Positions 1 through 10,286 of a stretch of 64,000 nucleotides of DNA are shown here, piece by piece. Origin of the DNA: a virus; IMG/VR virus record IMGVR_UViG_3300017963_000257, positions 1 through 64,000 of that record; one strand, given 5' to 3'. Below the pieces are notes generated by a model, which saw only the letters and a program-made list of their open reading frames with translations, was not told the origin of the DNA and ran no database searches. The first letter of the stretch is position 1. Every line of letters starts with the position of its first letter. A program made the translations under genes and the position numbers.

Positions 1-205
1 CCCAGCACACCCACAGCACACCACACCCCTGAGCCTATACCATGCCATAGGATATCAACAGGATACATCGTCATGGCCTTGTGACACACCCAGGGTATGG
101 GATAACCGACTGATAAGCTGGACAATAGGACAATGCAAGAGAGAGATATCTATAGAGGGGAGGGGGAGGGGACAGGAATTGATGACGGCCACTATCATGC
201 AATCA

Positions 206-253
206 TAATGGGTATATGACCATACCCACTAATGGGTATATCGACATACCCAC
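206..253. repeat. Tandem 24-bp repeat, each copy a TGGGTAT-N6-ATACCCA palindrome
   Basis: taatgggtatatgaccatacccac followed directly by taatgggtatatcgacatacccac. Confidence 0.85.
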
Positions 254-484
254 TTTGACACGATCAGCGAGCCTACTTTATACCCTATAAAGTCATCGGC
301 TTGGTTTATTTATGTTGTGATATCAATAGCTTGACCCCCCCCTCCGCTTGTTTGGGAAGCCCGGGGGGGCCTTGCCGTCGCCGGGTACTAACCACAATTT
401 TTTATCCTGAAATTCCGATATCTAGGGAGCCGAAATCGAGGAAACCGATAGGCGAAAAAAGTTAAAATAGGGCAGATTTTTTTC

Positions 485-514
485 TTGACGTTTTATTTCT
501 GCTGTGCCTATAAT
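485..514 (+). promoter_or_regulatory. sigma70-type promoter
   Basis: TTGACG-N18-TATAAT upstream of the first small ORFs. Confidence 0.65.
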
Positions 515-567
515 GCACATAAAAAACCTGTTTTGTGTTTGGTAAGGCCAGAAAGATGTGACGAGAT

Positions 568-1424
568 ATGGGTATTATCCTGGATTTTTTGATGAGCTGG
601 TGGGGGCTTGTGATTTTGGTTTTAATTTGTGTTTTCGGGGTGATTTACTGTGAGTGGTACAGCTGGAAACATTATGGAGATACCTGGAGGATGTGAATAA
701 ATATGGATACTGCGTACACATATGGGAAGAGTGTTGTTGGGTTCTGGAATAGAGATACTGACAGTCAGCTTTGGCTTTCTATTGTATCACTGCGATTAGC
801 CAGGCTGATTTATCGAAAGGGAAAAAATTGGAGGAATCCTGTTGCTTTTTATCAACCGCCCATAAGGGTTGACGGGTATTTATTGATCGGGTTTGCCCCA
901 AGCATAAACCGGCACATTGCGATTAAGGAGGATCGATATGGACACAGGTGAAGGAAGGTTTGAGCGGTTTGAGGCTCTTGATGGTGGAGATTTTGCAGAC
1001 AGAGTAAATCAATTAAGGCGGCAATACCCGAAGTCAAGGGGTATCTTCCAGGTGGGTGAAGTTGTGATGGTTAAAGGGAGCAGGCTTCAGGTGGAACGGA
1101 TCAATAATGACCGAATCATTTTTAAGCTGCTTCCGGTAGAGTGATTTATTTTCTCTCGTGACGCCGGAAGGCGGCACAGGGCAGGAGGAAAATATGGCCA
1201 AAAAGAAAGCTGCTGTTACAACATGGAAGCCCTGGGATGATTTCAAGGAAGAACCAGAGAGGCTTCCGATAGAAGCGCCCCCATGTCCAGAATGCAGGTA
1301 CTGGAATCCCGTCAGGATATACATGGGTGCCCAGTATGAAGGGGTCAGGTTGTGCCATTGTCGTTCCCATTCTTTAGAGATGGAAAGTGACTTCTCCTGT
1401 TTTAGGGAGAAATGGACCGGGTGA
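568..1424 (+). other. Run of small hypothetical phage genes (568-696, 703-951, ~938-1144, ~1194-1424)
   Basis: Tightly packed short + strand ORFs with GGAG-type RBS. Confidence 0.55.
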
Positions 1425-1441
1425 TAAGGAGGTGAAGAAGC

Positions 1442-1726
1442 ATGAAGAAGGTTTTTGGGGTAATTATCCTGGCCGTTCTTTTCTGCAGCTCTGTATGTAT
1501 CGCAGGGGAAGTTGGTTTTTATAATTTCAAAACCAGGAGTTATGAGTTTGTAGACATTGATGTTATCAATGATTTTTCCCCATATATACCCCAATGGGAT
1601 TCGGCACAGGCTATATACCAGATTTATCTTTACATGGGGAAGAAACCGATGGAGGCAGCACTGAAGACGTTATTGGATGTTGAAGAGGCGTATGAAGTTT
1701 GGAGGTACCAAATCTTAGAACCATGA
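1442..1726 (+). CDS. Small exported protein
   Basis: Signal peptide MKKVFGVIILAVLFCSSVCIA; RBS AAGGAGGTG. Confidence 0.65.
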   Translation: MKKVFGVIILAVLFCSSVCIAGEVGFYNFKTRSYEFVDIDVINDFSPYIPQWDSAQAIYQIYLYMGKKPMEAALKTLLDVEEAYEVWRYQILEP

Positions 1727-1739
1727 AGAGGGGGTTGTG

Positions 1740-2054
1740 ATGAGATTGATAATTACAGCTTTTTTAGTGTTTCTTTTCTGTTTTACTGGAGCGAGTGCGG
1801 TTGCGGATGAACAGGATGAACAGAAGACGCCTATGTATCGGGTGACGATCTCCGTCACGTACAATGCGGTGAGCGGGGACGATGCTGTGAGGATTGCCCG
1901 GGAGGCCGTAAAGACTCACGAGGGCGCGTGTGATGTGGATGTCCGGATTAAGAAGGGGCAAGAACCTGGAGGCATCACTTTCAGTGATAGTGATTATGAT
2001 ACTGGTGGGCGCAGCATCTTGTTAGGCCGACCGGCCACCCTTGAAGCTCGGTGA
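1740..2054 (+). CDS. Small exported protein
   Basis: Signal peptide MRLIITAFLVFLFCFTGASAVA. Confidence 0.65.
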   Translation: MRLIITAFLVFLFCFTGASAVADEQDEQKTPMYRVTISVTYNAVSGDDAVRIAREAVKTHEGACDVDVRIKKGQEPGGITFSDSDYDTGGRSILLGRPATLEAR

Positions 2055-2163
2055 TAAAGCCAAATGGGATACGAGCGAGGGCAGAGTGACCGTTTCCCCA
2101 GGGCTTAAGGCCACAGGCAAAATGTGCGAAAAATGGTCCTTAGTATATATGTATATAGAAAAT

Positions 2164-2280
2164 GAAATATAGGTAAAGAAATTTTACCTATTTCGACGAT
2201 TGCCCGGAAATATAGGTAAAAAAACTTTACCTATTGAGAAATATAGGTAAAAAAACTTTACGTAAAGAAATTTTACCTAT
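2164..2280. repeat. Intergenic iteron-like palindrome array GTAAA-N5-TTTAC x4
   Basis: gaaatataggtaaa.aaa.tttac(ctat) at 2164, 2207 and 2238 plus gtaaagaaattttacctat at 2262; AT-rich flanks. Confidence 0.85.
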
Positions 2281-2493
2281 ATTGCGGATCGTGAGTTAAA
2301 TCAATAAGTTATGTCATGTAAAAATACTTGGTAATACTTGGTCTTAAGCAGTTTTAAAGAGCTAAAGCAAAGTGACTAATGTATGACATTTAACTAGGAT
2401 GGGTAGAGGGAGTTAGATAAACCCAAAGTAAGGCTTAATTCATTTTTCTACAGGGTAACTTACAGTAAAACCCTCCAGAAAGGCTGAAAATCC

Positions 2494-5257
2494 ATGAAAG
2501 ACAAAGACGGAAACCAGCTTTCTATAGAAAATCTTCACCAGATGGTCGTTGGGGAAGGCGATCTCGCCATAATGCCTGAGGGATGTATGGGAGGGGGAGA
2601 TGGCAGGCCGAAAAAGCCGGGAAGGTCGTTTTGTTATGTCTGCTATAAGTCATTGCCGCGTGAGATGCAGAGCGATCTGTACCGTCATGTGGGGGATGGA
2701 TATGGTGAGGCTTACGATAAGGCCGTTGAATGGCTGGAGGGATAATGGCATGAAAGGATGAGGTCGCGGGATGAAACTTTTTCTTATTATCTCAATTCTG
2801 ATTTTATACCTAATACTGATAGCGTGTTTATTCCAGCTGTTTTGGTTACTGTTTATTGCGATTGGCATGGCGTTTATTGGAGCCCCGATATGGGCTATTT
2901 GGGAATATCGATTTAATCCAGATCAACCTACGCACAGTTGGATGGATTTTTAAGGCAATGACGGTCCTCCTAAAATGAGCGGCGATACTCCCCCCGCACC
3001 GCCTGGGGGTAAGGGCCTGCCCCTGTAGCGCAAAATAGGGGGAGTTTTTAATCATCAATGTGGAGATGTGTGTATGGAAACGACACTGGAGGTTCTAACC
3101 ACTTTATGTTTTGCGAACACGGTTCTTGTGGGGGTCACCATTTGGTCGAGGACATTGCTGAAGGACGGTGTTAGCTCATTTTTACTTTTTGCGTTTGCCC
3201 TCAATGCGGCCGCCTTCGCTTCCTTGATGGGATGGTTGAAATGAACGAAATACGAGTTCAAGGAGAGAGATGGAAACTTGCATGAATTGGTTATGGTTTT
3301 TTGGTGGCATGGGGATAGCTTTACTTATCATTTTAGTCATACATTTGGCCAGTATGGATGACAATAGCGGATGTTAAAACTTCCCAAACCTGTATGGACA
3401 TTACTGTGGAGCCTCTTCAGCCTGTGCGTTGTCGTTATTTTCGTTTTATGGTTCATCCCAAAGGTTATTGTATTTCGATTTTACAGGAAAAAGGCACGAC
3501 GTAAACAGTTTGAAAGATCGATTCGCAAACTGGTATCGCTTAACTGAGGGGAAGATATGATCCGTGAACTCGGATCCATAATCGCAAGCGCGGCCATGTT
3601 GGTTGTGGCCATAATGGCCTGGGTGATTATTCGGCTAAGCCAATTTCTTTTTTCAGGAGACTTCCGTGAACCATCAAAGCGCAACTCCATACGAGATATT
3701 TCGTAAAAACTTCGTAAGGGCAAAGTAAATAGTCCGCATTATGGAGCAGGCCACTTGCTATATCGGGATCGAGTCTACACAGGAAGAAATTGACCGCGAG
3801 ATAGCACGGCAATGGGCCAAGGAAAATAAAAAGGGGGTGAATAATCTGTGGCAGAAACAGACTTGAAGACCGCTATTCAAAAAATCTGGAAGGCGATAAA
3901 CGATCTGGATAAAGCCGACGTTCAAACAACGGCTTTGGCGCATACAATCATCACGCTGTTGATCGAGAAAGGGTTCACTACCCAAAAGCAGATCGTGGAA
4001 TTCCTTCCTTCCAGTTTTGAAAAGGCAAAAGAAATGAGGAAGGATATTTCCCAAGAGACAGTTTCCGTATTGGACGCCGATTCTGCCTGGGAATTCTTTA
4101 AAACGGTGCAATAATGACTGAAATAGATAAGATTCAAACTGCCCTGGACAACCTCGATCGCCAGGACCTGAACAATCTTGCCCTTCTCCACGATATCGCG
4201 GCCGTTATGGTTATCACAAAAATGGTGACCCTGGAAGAAATGACCACACAAATTGCGGAGAGCCTTGCTTTTGTTATGGACAAGAGAAAGAAGGTTCATG
4301 ATGCCATGGGGAATAAACCGGCAGGGGTGGTGCAGTAGTGGAGGACGAAGATCTATCCATCTTGGAACGCTTCAGGCTTGAATCCATGCCGAACCAGGAC
4401 GAGGTGGATCGGGAGTTCTGCAGAAAACGCTGTTGTGCATGGCTGGGCGCCGAGCATGGATGCAGCACCGTATGGAACCCGGGGTTGAGGAAGGGGAAAT
4501 GCCTTTGGACTTACGAGGAGTTGAAAGGGAAAGCCTGATGGCGAATAATTCGTTACTCGAAGGCCAAGATCTTGGGAGTATTATAAAGAGAATCCTAAAA
4601 CATTTCTATGATGAACTCTGTATGTACTCGGTTTCCTATTGGCAAGCTTGGGATCCAGCTGATAGACGATAAACTCGATGGAAATCGCTATTCAAGCGAT
4701 GGAACCGTGAAACGGATTATCAGGAAGGCAACTGAATGATCGCCTATAGTAGCGACACCACTTATACCGGAACATACAGCAGTGGTCCTTACGATAATGA
4801 TGTTGCCGTTTTTTATTCCGCTGCCGATGCATTCCACGACTTCGCAGAAGAAATGAAAAAGCTTTTGGCCCTCAGGTATCAGTCATGGTACAGATTTACT
4901 TTTTGGTTTGATATTAGACTGGGGAGGGAACCCATTTCCCCGCCCAAGTTCTTTCTGGCTTTTGCGAAACCATTTCTGGTCTATCGCATGATGCGATGCA
5001 ACCGACATGGTATCGGTTTGAGAACTCGAATCAAATAGGAGATAAAGATTATGCCAAGACAGCAACCACCACCTTTTGATCCATCCCAGGCAACTCCGGC
5101 AATTTGCCTCGATTGCAACGGGGAATTCTTTGATAAGGCCTACCGGGTCGCAATAGTGAGCGTTTTAGCCCCCGGCAACGCAACGGGGAAGAACATCGTC
5201 CTCGAATATCCCGTTTATCTATGCCATAAATGCGGGAAAGAACTCCAAAAACCATGA
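2494..5257 (+). other. Cluster of small hypothetical genes (2494-2745, 2771-2953, 3848-4114, 4114-4338, 4338-4538, 4736-5038, 5051-5257 Zn-ribbon)
   Basis: Abutting short ORFs, several with CxxC pairs or TM segments. Confidence 0.55.
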
Positions 5258-5278
5258 TAAAACCTGTGGGCATCCAGT

Positions 5279-5638
5279 GTGGCGATAAAACGCTTTTCGG
5301 ATACGCAACATATTCAGATTGATTATGGTCTTCTTCACAGCGAAGCCTGGCAAAGCCTTTCGAGGTCTGCCAGAGACTTTTACGTTCAGCTCAAGGCGCG
5401 GCGGAACCTGAAGGACTCCCGCGGAAAGATTATCAACCGTGATGATGATTACATTAAATTCAGCCATACAGATTCATACGGAATGTCAAAGCCGACATTC
5501 AGGAAGGCCGCGGACGAATTGATTAAGAAAGGGTTTATCGAAATAGTGGAGTGCGGCCATTTCCCAGCGATAAGGCCTAAGTACGCATTGAGTGAAATGT
5601 GGAGATGGGATGATGAGGACGATTTCGTGATGGATTGA
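5279..5638 (+). CDS. Winged-helix DNA-binding protein (initiator-like N-terminal HTH)
   Basis: SEAWQSLSRSARDFY...GMSKPTFRKAADELIKKGFIEIV pattern. Confidence 0.6.
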   Translation: MAIKRFSDTQHIQIDYGLLHSEAWQSLSRSARDFYVQLKARRNLKDSRGKIINRDDDYIKFSHTDSYGMSKPTFRKAADELIKKGFIEIVECGHFPAIRPKYALSEMWRWDDEDDFVMD

Positions 5639-5639
5639 G

Positions 5640-5672
5640 AAAGCCCACCAGCTATTTGCCAGTGGGCTTTTG
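5640..5672 (+). terminator. Intrinsic terminator
   Basis: aaagcccac...gtgggcttt+t directly after the stop codon. Confidence 0.55.
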
Positions 5673-5765
5673 AAAAGGAAAACAGTAAGGTTACAGGATG
5701 ACTCTAATTTAAACCATTGGTATCGGAATGTCAAGAAGAAAATTACATGAGGGGGTTTTAATATT

Positions 5766-6320
5766 ATGGCTGTTGACCAGTCAAAGGTCGGTCGAGATCT
5801 GAAAACGCAAGTCGGGACCGTTATGGGTATGCAGGCGCGGTACATCGCCCATGTCCAGGAATGCAAAGGTGAAAAGTGCCCCCTTTATGATCAGTGTACT
5901 TACAAGAAAAAAATGGGGCCCTGCAAGGTTATTCACAACTTCTTATCCTCTCTCTATCGTGATTGGGTGGATCCAGATAACGGCATAGGCGATATCATTG
6001 TCCAGTCTCAACTGGACAGACTTGGCCTTCTGGTCATTCCTCTGTATCATATGTATATCCGAATGCTTTTGGAAACTTTTTCAGTTGACAGCACAGACTA
6101 TGAGGACAGCAAGGGAAGGATTCACACGCGACCGCAATTTATAGAAATGCCCAAACTGATTCGAGAGATCAGGGCCGAGCTTAAGGATATTGGCTTGGAC
6201 AAGCTCTGGAACCAGAAATTCGGAAGGAAAAAGCCACTGCCTGCAGGAAAAAGCATGGATGATCTCATGCGAGACGGGCAGGGCTATGAGGCGGCCCAGG
6301 GCTGGGATGAAAATTCCTAA
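5766..6320 (+). CDS. Putative terminase small subunit
   Basis: Position before TerL; helical C-terminus KGRIHTRPQFIEM...IRAELKDIGL resembles TerS. Confidence 0.5.
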   Translation: MAVDQSKVGRDLKTQVGTVMGMQARYIAHVQECKGEKCPLYDQCTYKKKMGPCKVIHNFLSSLYRDWVDPDNGIGDIIVQSQLDRLGLLVIPLYHMYIRMLLETFSVDSTDYEDSKGRIHTRPQFIEMPKLIREIRAELKDIGLDKLWNQKFGRKKPLPAGKSMDDLMRDGQGYEAAQGWDENS

Positions 6321-6324
6321 TGCT

Positions 6325-6522
6325 TTTGTTGTGCGATAGAAGGAGGATGCATTCAGGCGAGTAACTAAGGTGAAAGCCCCTCCGGTTGGACCTCAATGAG
6401 AGGTACGCTTCATGGAAATAGCATAGATCCATGCAGGGCAAGGCTACCCAATAATAGCCGCTTGTAGAAGCCGCTTAGGGAGCGGGAGTGGTGTGGGGGA
6501 AAACCACGTATCGCACAACAAA
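6325..6522 (+). ncRNA. Candidate multibranch structured RNA between terS and terL
   Basis: Perfect 14-bp closing stem tttgttgtgcgata/tatcgcacaacaaa enclosing about 7 short helices. Confidence 0.5.
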
Positions 6523-6540
6523 TCAATTTGAAGGGAATGT

Positions 6541-8394
6541 ATGAATAGCAACGACTACATCTACAAGCATAAGCCGGAATATACAAACGGTGCCGAAGGG
6601 TTTATCTTATGGGCTGAAGATAACGCCTATATTGAGGTCGTCCCCTTTGATTCCACGGCAAAGAAGTGGGTGTCACTTAGGGACCTGCCGGACGACCTTC
6701 ACCCTGAAACAGGCAAGTCGTACAAGCAAATGTGGGAGGCCCAGAAAGAAATTATCCGTGAAGCCCTTAGAATGGAAAAAGGCCAATTTGTTTACCGCCT
6801 GTTAGTTTTTTGCTGGCCTCGCGGAGAGGGTAAGTCGCTCCTGGTATGCCTGATAAAGCTTTGGAGGTTTTGCGTTTTTCAGAGGCAGAAGATACTTTGT
6901 GGCGCCAACAGTAAAGACCAGGTTACTTTTGTCCACTATGATATCATGAAAGATATCATAAAAAACTCGCCAAAGCTCATAAATCTGATAGGGCTGAAGA
7001 ATGTGAAGAAACAGGCTATTACCCTAACAGACAGATACGATAGCATCCAGTCGGAAATCAAGCCTATATCATCCCACACCGGACTTCTCTCCAATATCAA
7101 TGCCTACACCTTCAGCGATCTGTTTAAAATGGTCAAGTCAACGTTTTTTACAGAGCTGGATGGATCGACGCGGTGGATCCCGAATGCCATGGGAGCGATC
7201 GATTCAACCGTGTCGCCAAAGAATCATATCCTCCACAACCTATACGAGTCGTATATTAAAGGCGAAGACCCAACTCTTTTCTTTTCGTACCGATTTAGCA
7301 AAGAAGGGGACCCGGCAGATTATTGGAACCCAAATGCGACAGTTGCCCAACTCAATGGGTTTAGAGTCAAATTTCCGTTCGGTGATTTTGAGAAGTTCTT
7401 TCTTAATCTATGGGAGTCCGCCGAAGAAAAGTTCTTTAAACCCGAGACAATCGAGGCGATGCATTATCTGGGGGTTGACAGGGCCATCAACGTTCACAAT
7501 ACCCTTATTGAGCTAATCAATGAAAAGACGAAACTGGAAGAGACGAAAGCTGAATTCGCAGAGCGGGGTATCGAGGCTAATGTCGAAAACCAGATTCAGG
7601 TGATCAAGAAGAAGCTTTGGCATATCGAGGACATTTTTCGGTTGCGAACGGATCAGAACAGGCCAAGGATTCCGGAGCCTACTGACGTTGAAACGTTGAG
7701 CAATATTTATGATACCGATTGGGCGATCATGGGCTCCATAGACCGTGCTGATCCAACGGAAGGAAAAAGAACGTCTGCAAGGACTATCGTATCGGCCATT
7801 ATGAAAGGGCTGATTGGAAGCAGGAGAAATCCGCTGATAGCAGCAGAGGGAGAAATCCCGGCGTACCTGTATATTCTTCTGTATCTTGATGATGTGGAAG
7901 ATCACAGCTTAGAGGGGATTAAAAATAGATTTCAAGTGATCCATGACACTTTTGGTGGGTTGGATATCCTTGGGGGAGAACGATGGGGCGTTTGGGATCT
8001 CGCGCCATGGTGCGAAGAACGAGGAATAAAGCTCCAAATATGGAGCCCAAATTATTCTCAGCAGAAGGCGATGTTTTCGGAGCTTTTCAACGCTGCGAAA
8101 TTTGGGCAATTCAAGGCCCCACCATTGGCAGTACCAGGTTACAAGAAGGATGATATCCTCATAGAAGAAGCGACGGAATTCATTCATCAGCCCCCAGCGC
8201 CTGGAAAGAAGGCGGGATGGTTCGGAAGTCCGGAGAAGAACATAAAGGGTGGCGTACAGGACGATTCCATTTTTACAATAGGCGGCGGAATGTACGCCGG
8301 CCGCGAGTTAACGGTGGTCGATTTCCGAGAGAGAAAGGGTAAAATGGATTTCGGAACATTTTTCCCGGCAGAGGGGTTATTGGGGAAATATTGA
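6541..8394 (+). CDS. terL: Terminase large subunit
   Basis: Walker A WPRGEGKS, ANSKDQ motif, F..FFLN.W linker, nuclease acidic residues GSIDRAD and QDDSIF. Confidence 0.85.
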   Translation: MNSNDYIYKHKPEYTNGAEGFILWAEDNAYIEVVPFDSTAKKWVSLRDLPDDLHPETGKSYKQMWEAQKEIIREALRMEKGQFVYRLLVFCWPRGEGKSLLVCLIKLWRFCVFQRQKILCGANSKDQVTFVHYDIMKDIIKNSPKLINLIGLKNVKKQAITLTDRYDSIQSEIKPISSHTGLLSNINAYTFSDLFKMVKSTFFTELDGSTRWIPNAMGAIDSTVSPKNHILHNLYESYIKGEDPTLFFSYRFSKEGDPADYWNPNATVAQLNGFRVKFPFGDFEKFFLNLWESAEEKFFKPETIEAMHYLGVDRAINVHNTLIELINEKTKLEETKAEFAERGIEANVENQIQVIKKKLWHIEDIFRLRTDQNRPRIPEPTDVETLSNIYDTDWAIMGSIDRADPTEGKRTSARTIVSAIMKGLIGSRRNPLIAAEGEIPAYLYILLYLDDVEDHSLEGIKNRFQVIHDTFGGLDILGGERWGVWDLAPWCEERGIKLQIWSPNYSQQKAMFSELFNAAKFGQFKAPPLAVPGYKKDDILIEEATEFIHQPPAPGKKAGWFGSPEKNIKGGVQDDSIFTIGGGMYAGRELTVVDFRERKGKMDFGTFFPAEGLLGKY

Positions 8395-8430
8395 CCTGTA
8401 TTGTGCATCTCAGGAACAAAATGACATCAA

Positions 8431-8455
8431 AGTGGCCTTTTAGGTCACTTTTTTA
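8431..8455 (+). terminator. Intrinsic terminator after terL
   Basis: aaagtggcct-loop-aggtcacttt followed by a T run. Confidence 0.55.
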
Positions 8456-8558
8456 TTGACAAACCAATTTTTTTAGCATTTCATGATACATATATGTCTC
8501 ATTGAGGCACTTTTGTACCGTTGATACAGATGTGTTTCACAAGAGGATGTCCCATGAA

Positions 8559-10142
8559 ATGCCGGAAAATTCAAAGATACAGCTAACGGAAGAGAATTGG
8601 GCTGAAGCTCAGTTCGCCCATCCGTGGCAATACGCACCTCCTTCAGCAATTGAGGGGGCTCGGGATACTGACGGCTTTCCGGTAGTTGGATCCACATCAA
8701 AAGACGGCTCTGTAATCAGCAGGGAATACCTCCACGCACATATCTGGAACAAATTCCATTCAAATCCTCATGTCAACACCTCCACTCGCGGCCTTGTGGG
8801 CCGCCTTACCGGCCAAGGTTTCGCAACCGTATCGGACATCCCGGAAATAGACGCAGTCATTGACGAAACCGAAACGGACTATCGCAACAGGCTGTACGAT
8901 TATTGGCCAAAATATGTGACCCGGACATTTATCAGCGGCGAGCTACATCTTTGTTTTACCTGCCATAAGGACGGGTTTATTGAGATTGATTTCATAGACC
9001 CCGATGTAATCGACGGGGAGAACGAGTATGGGATTCTCTTCCATCCACGCAAAACCAGGATGCCCCTTGTTTATTGCATTAAGGACACGGAGAACGACAT
9101 TGAGGAACATGTCCCGTCCATTTATATGGCGCGATATCCTGAACTATACCGGGTAGCCAAGACTCTTAACGGTTTCAGTTCCAAAATGCTGGATCCCTGC
9201 AGGACCAGGGCGAAGGCCTTTAAGTCCGTAGGGGGATTCAATCGATTCATCGTGTCATGGGATCTGGGTCTTATCACAAAGCGCAGCACGTCACACCTGC
9301 AAACCATCCTCCAATGGCTGAACCACTGGGAAAACCTCAAGATGTATGAGATTGATCACAAGAAATCAAGTGGCGCATACGTCTGGGTAATCCGATTTAC
9401 CGATGTTAAAAGCTGGCTTACCTGGCTGACCCTTACAGACGAGCAGAAACAGAAAACCGGGATAGGCGCAGTGAAAACGCCGGGGTCAACCTTGGTCGTT
9501 GGCCCGAATATGGAAGTGAAGGCCGAGTTTCCGAATCTTCCAAGGATCAGCGACGGCGATACGGACATCATGCAGATGATCTCTTCAGGTTTGAATGAGC
9601 CCCAGGACATTACGACCGGAAGGGCGTCGGGGCCATTTGCAAGCGTAAAGGCGTCCCGGGGCCCCCTTAGCGATCGGGTATCAGACGAGATTGTTGCCTT
9701 TGAAAGATGGCTCAGGTGGGACTTCTGGGGAAACATCTTCTTTCTGAAATCAGAAATTGCGGGGTTTCCGAAGACCTTTACCGTTGAAGAGGCGATTGAT
9801 TTTGACAAGAACCAGGAACCGATTTTCAAGGAAATTCAAAAAAAGCCGGAGAGATGTATCGAGACAACCTTCCCGGTGTCCCAGATAGAAAACATTGAGA
9901 GTATGGCGAAGGCGATGTTGGGCGTTAAGCATGGCAGTTTGAACGATACGGCAGGCATTCCGAACGAAGACATCCTGAAGAGGTTAGGATTCAGAGGATA
10001 CAAGCGGCTGAGGCTTAAAAAAGCGACGGAAGACAAACGGTTCCCCAAGACGATTTTGGCGGTGGACCAGGAAGCACACCAAGAATCAACCGAAGCCGAA
10101 CCCCCGAAAAAAGGGAAGAAGGCTTCACAACAGGATCAATAA
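8559..10142 (+). CDS. Portal protein (start uncertain)
   Basis: ~530 aa between TerL and protease; FISGEL and IDFIDPDVI portal-like motifs. Confidence 0.8.
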   Translation: MPENSKIQLTEENWAEAQFAHPWQYAPPSAIEGARDTDGFPVVGSTSKDGSVISREYLHAHIWNKFHSNPHVNTSTRGLVGRLTGQGFATVSDIPEIDAVIDETETDYRNRLYDYWPKYVTRTFISGELHLCFTCHKDGFIEIDFIDPDVIDGENEYGILFHPRKTRMPLVYCIKDTENDIEEHVPSIYMARYPELYRVAKTLNGFSSKMLDPCRTRAKAFKSVGGFNRFIVSWDLGLITKRSTSHLQTILQWLNHWENLKMYEIDHKKSSGAYVWVIRFTDVKSWLTWLTLTDEQKQKTGIGAVKTPGSTLVVGPNMEVKAEFPNLPRISDGDTDIMQMISSGLNEPQDITTGRASGPFASVKASRGPLSDRVSDEIVAFERWLRWDFWGNIFFLKSEIAGFPKTFTVEEAIDFDKNQEPIFKEIQKKPERCIETTFPVSQIENIESMAKAMLGVKHGSLNDTAGIPNEDILKRLGFRGYKRLRLKKATEDKRFPKTILAVDQEAHQESTEAEPPKKGKKASQQDQ

Positions 10143-10211
10143 CGCCAGGGTGATCCTCCCAACAACCGGACCCTGTTTCGACGGTAGGCCAGCCTGAAAA
10201 AACGGGGAGTG

Positions 10212-10266
10212 AGCGAAAGGGCAGAATAGTGGGCCGCCCACACCTACTACTCTGCCCTTCGCTTTT
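10212..10266 (+). other. Long intergenic hairpin (terminator, attenuator or processing site)
   Basis: agcgaaagggcaga...tctgcccttcgct followed by T residues. Confidence 0.5.
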
Positions 10267-10286
10267 CCGGGACAGGGGAATAAGCG

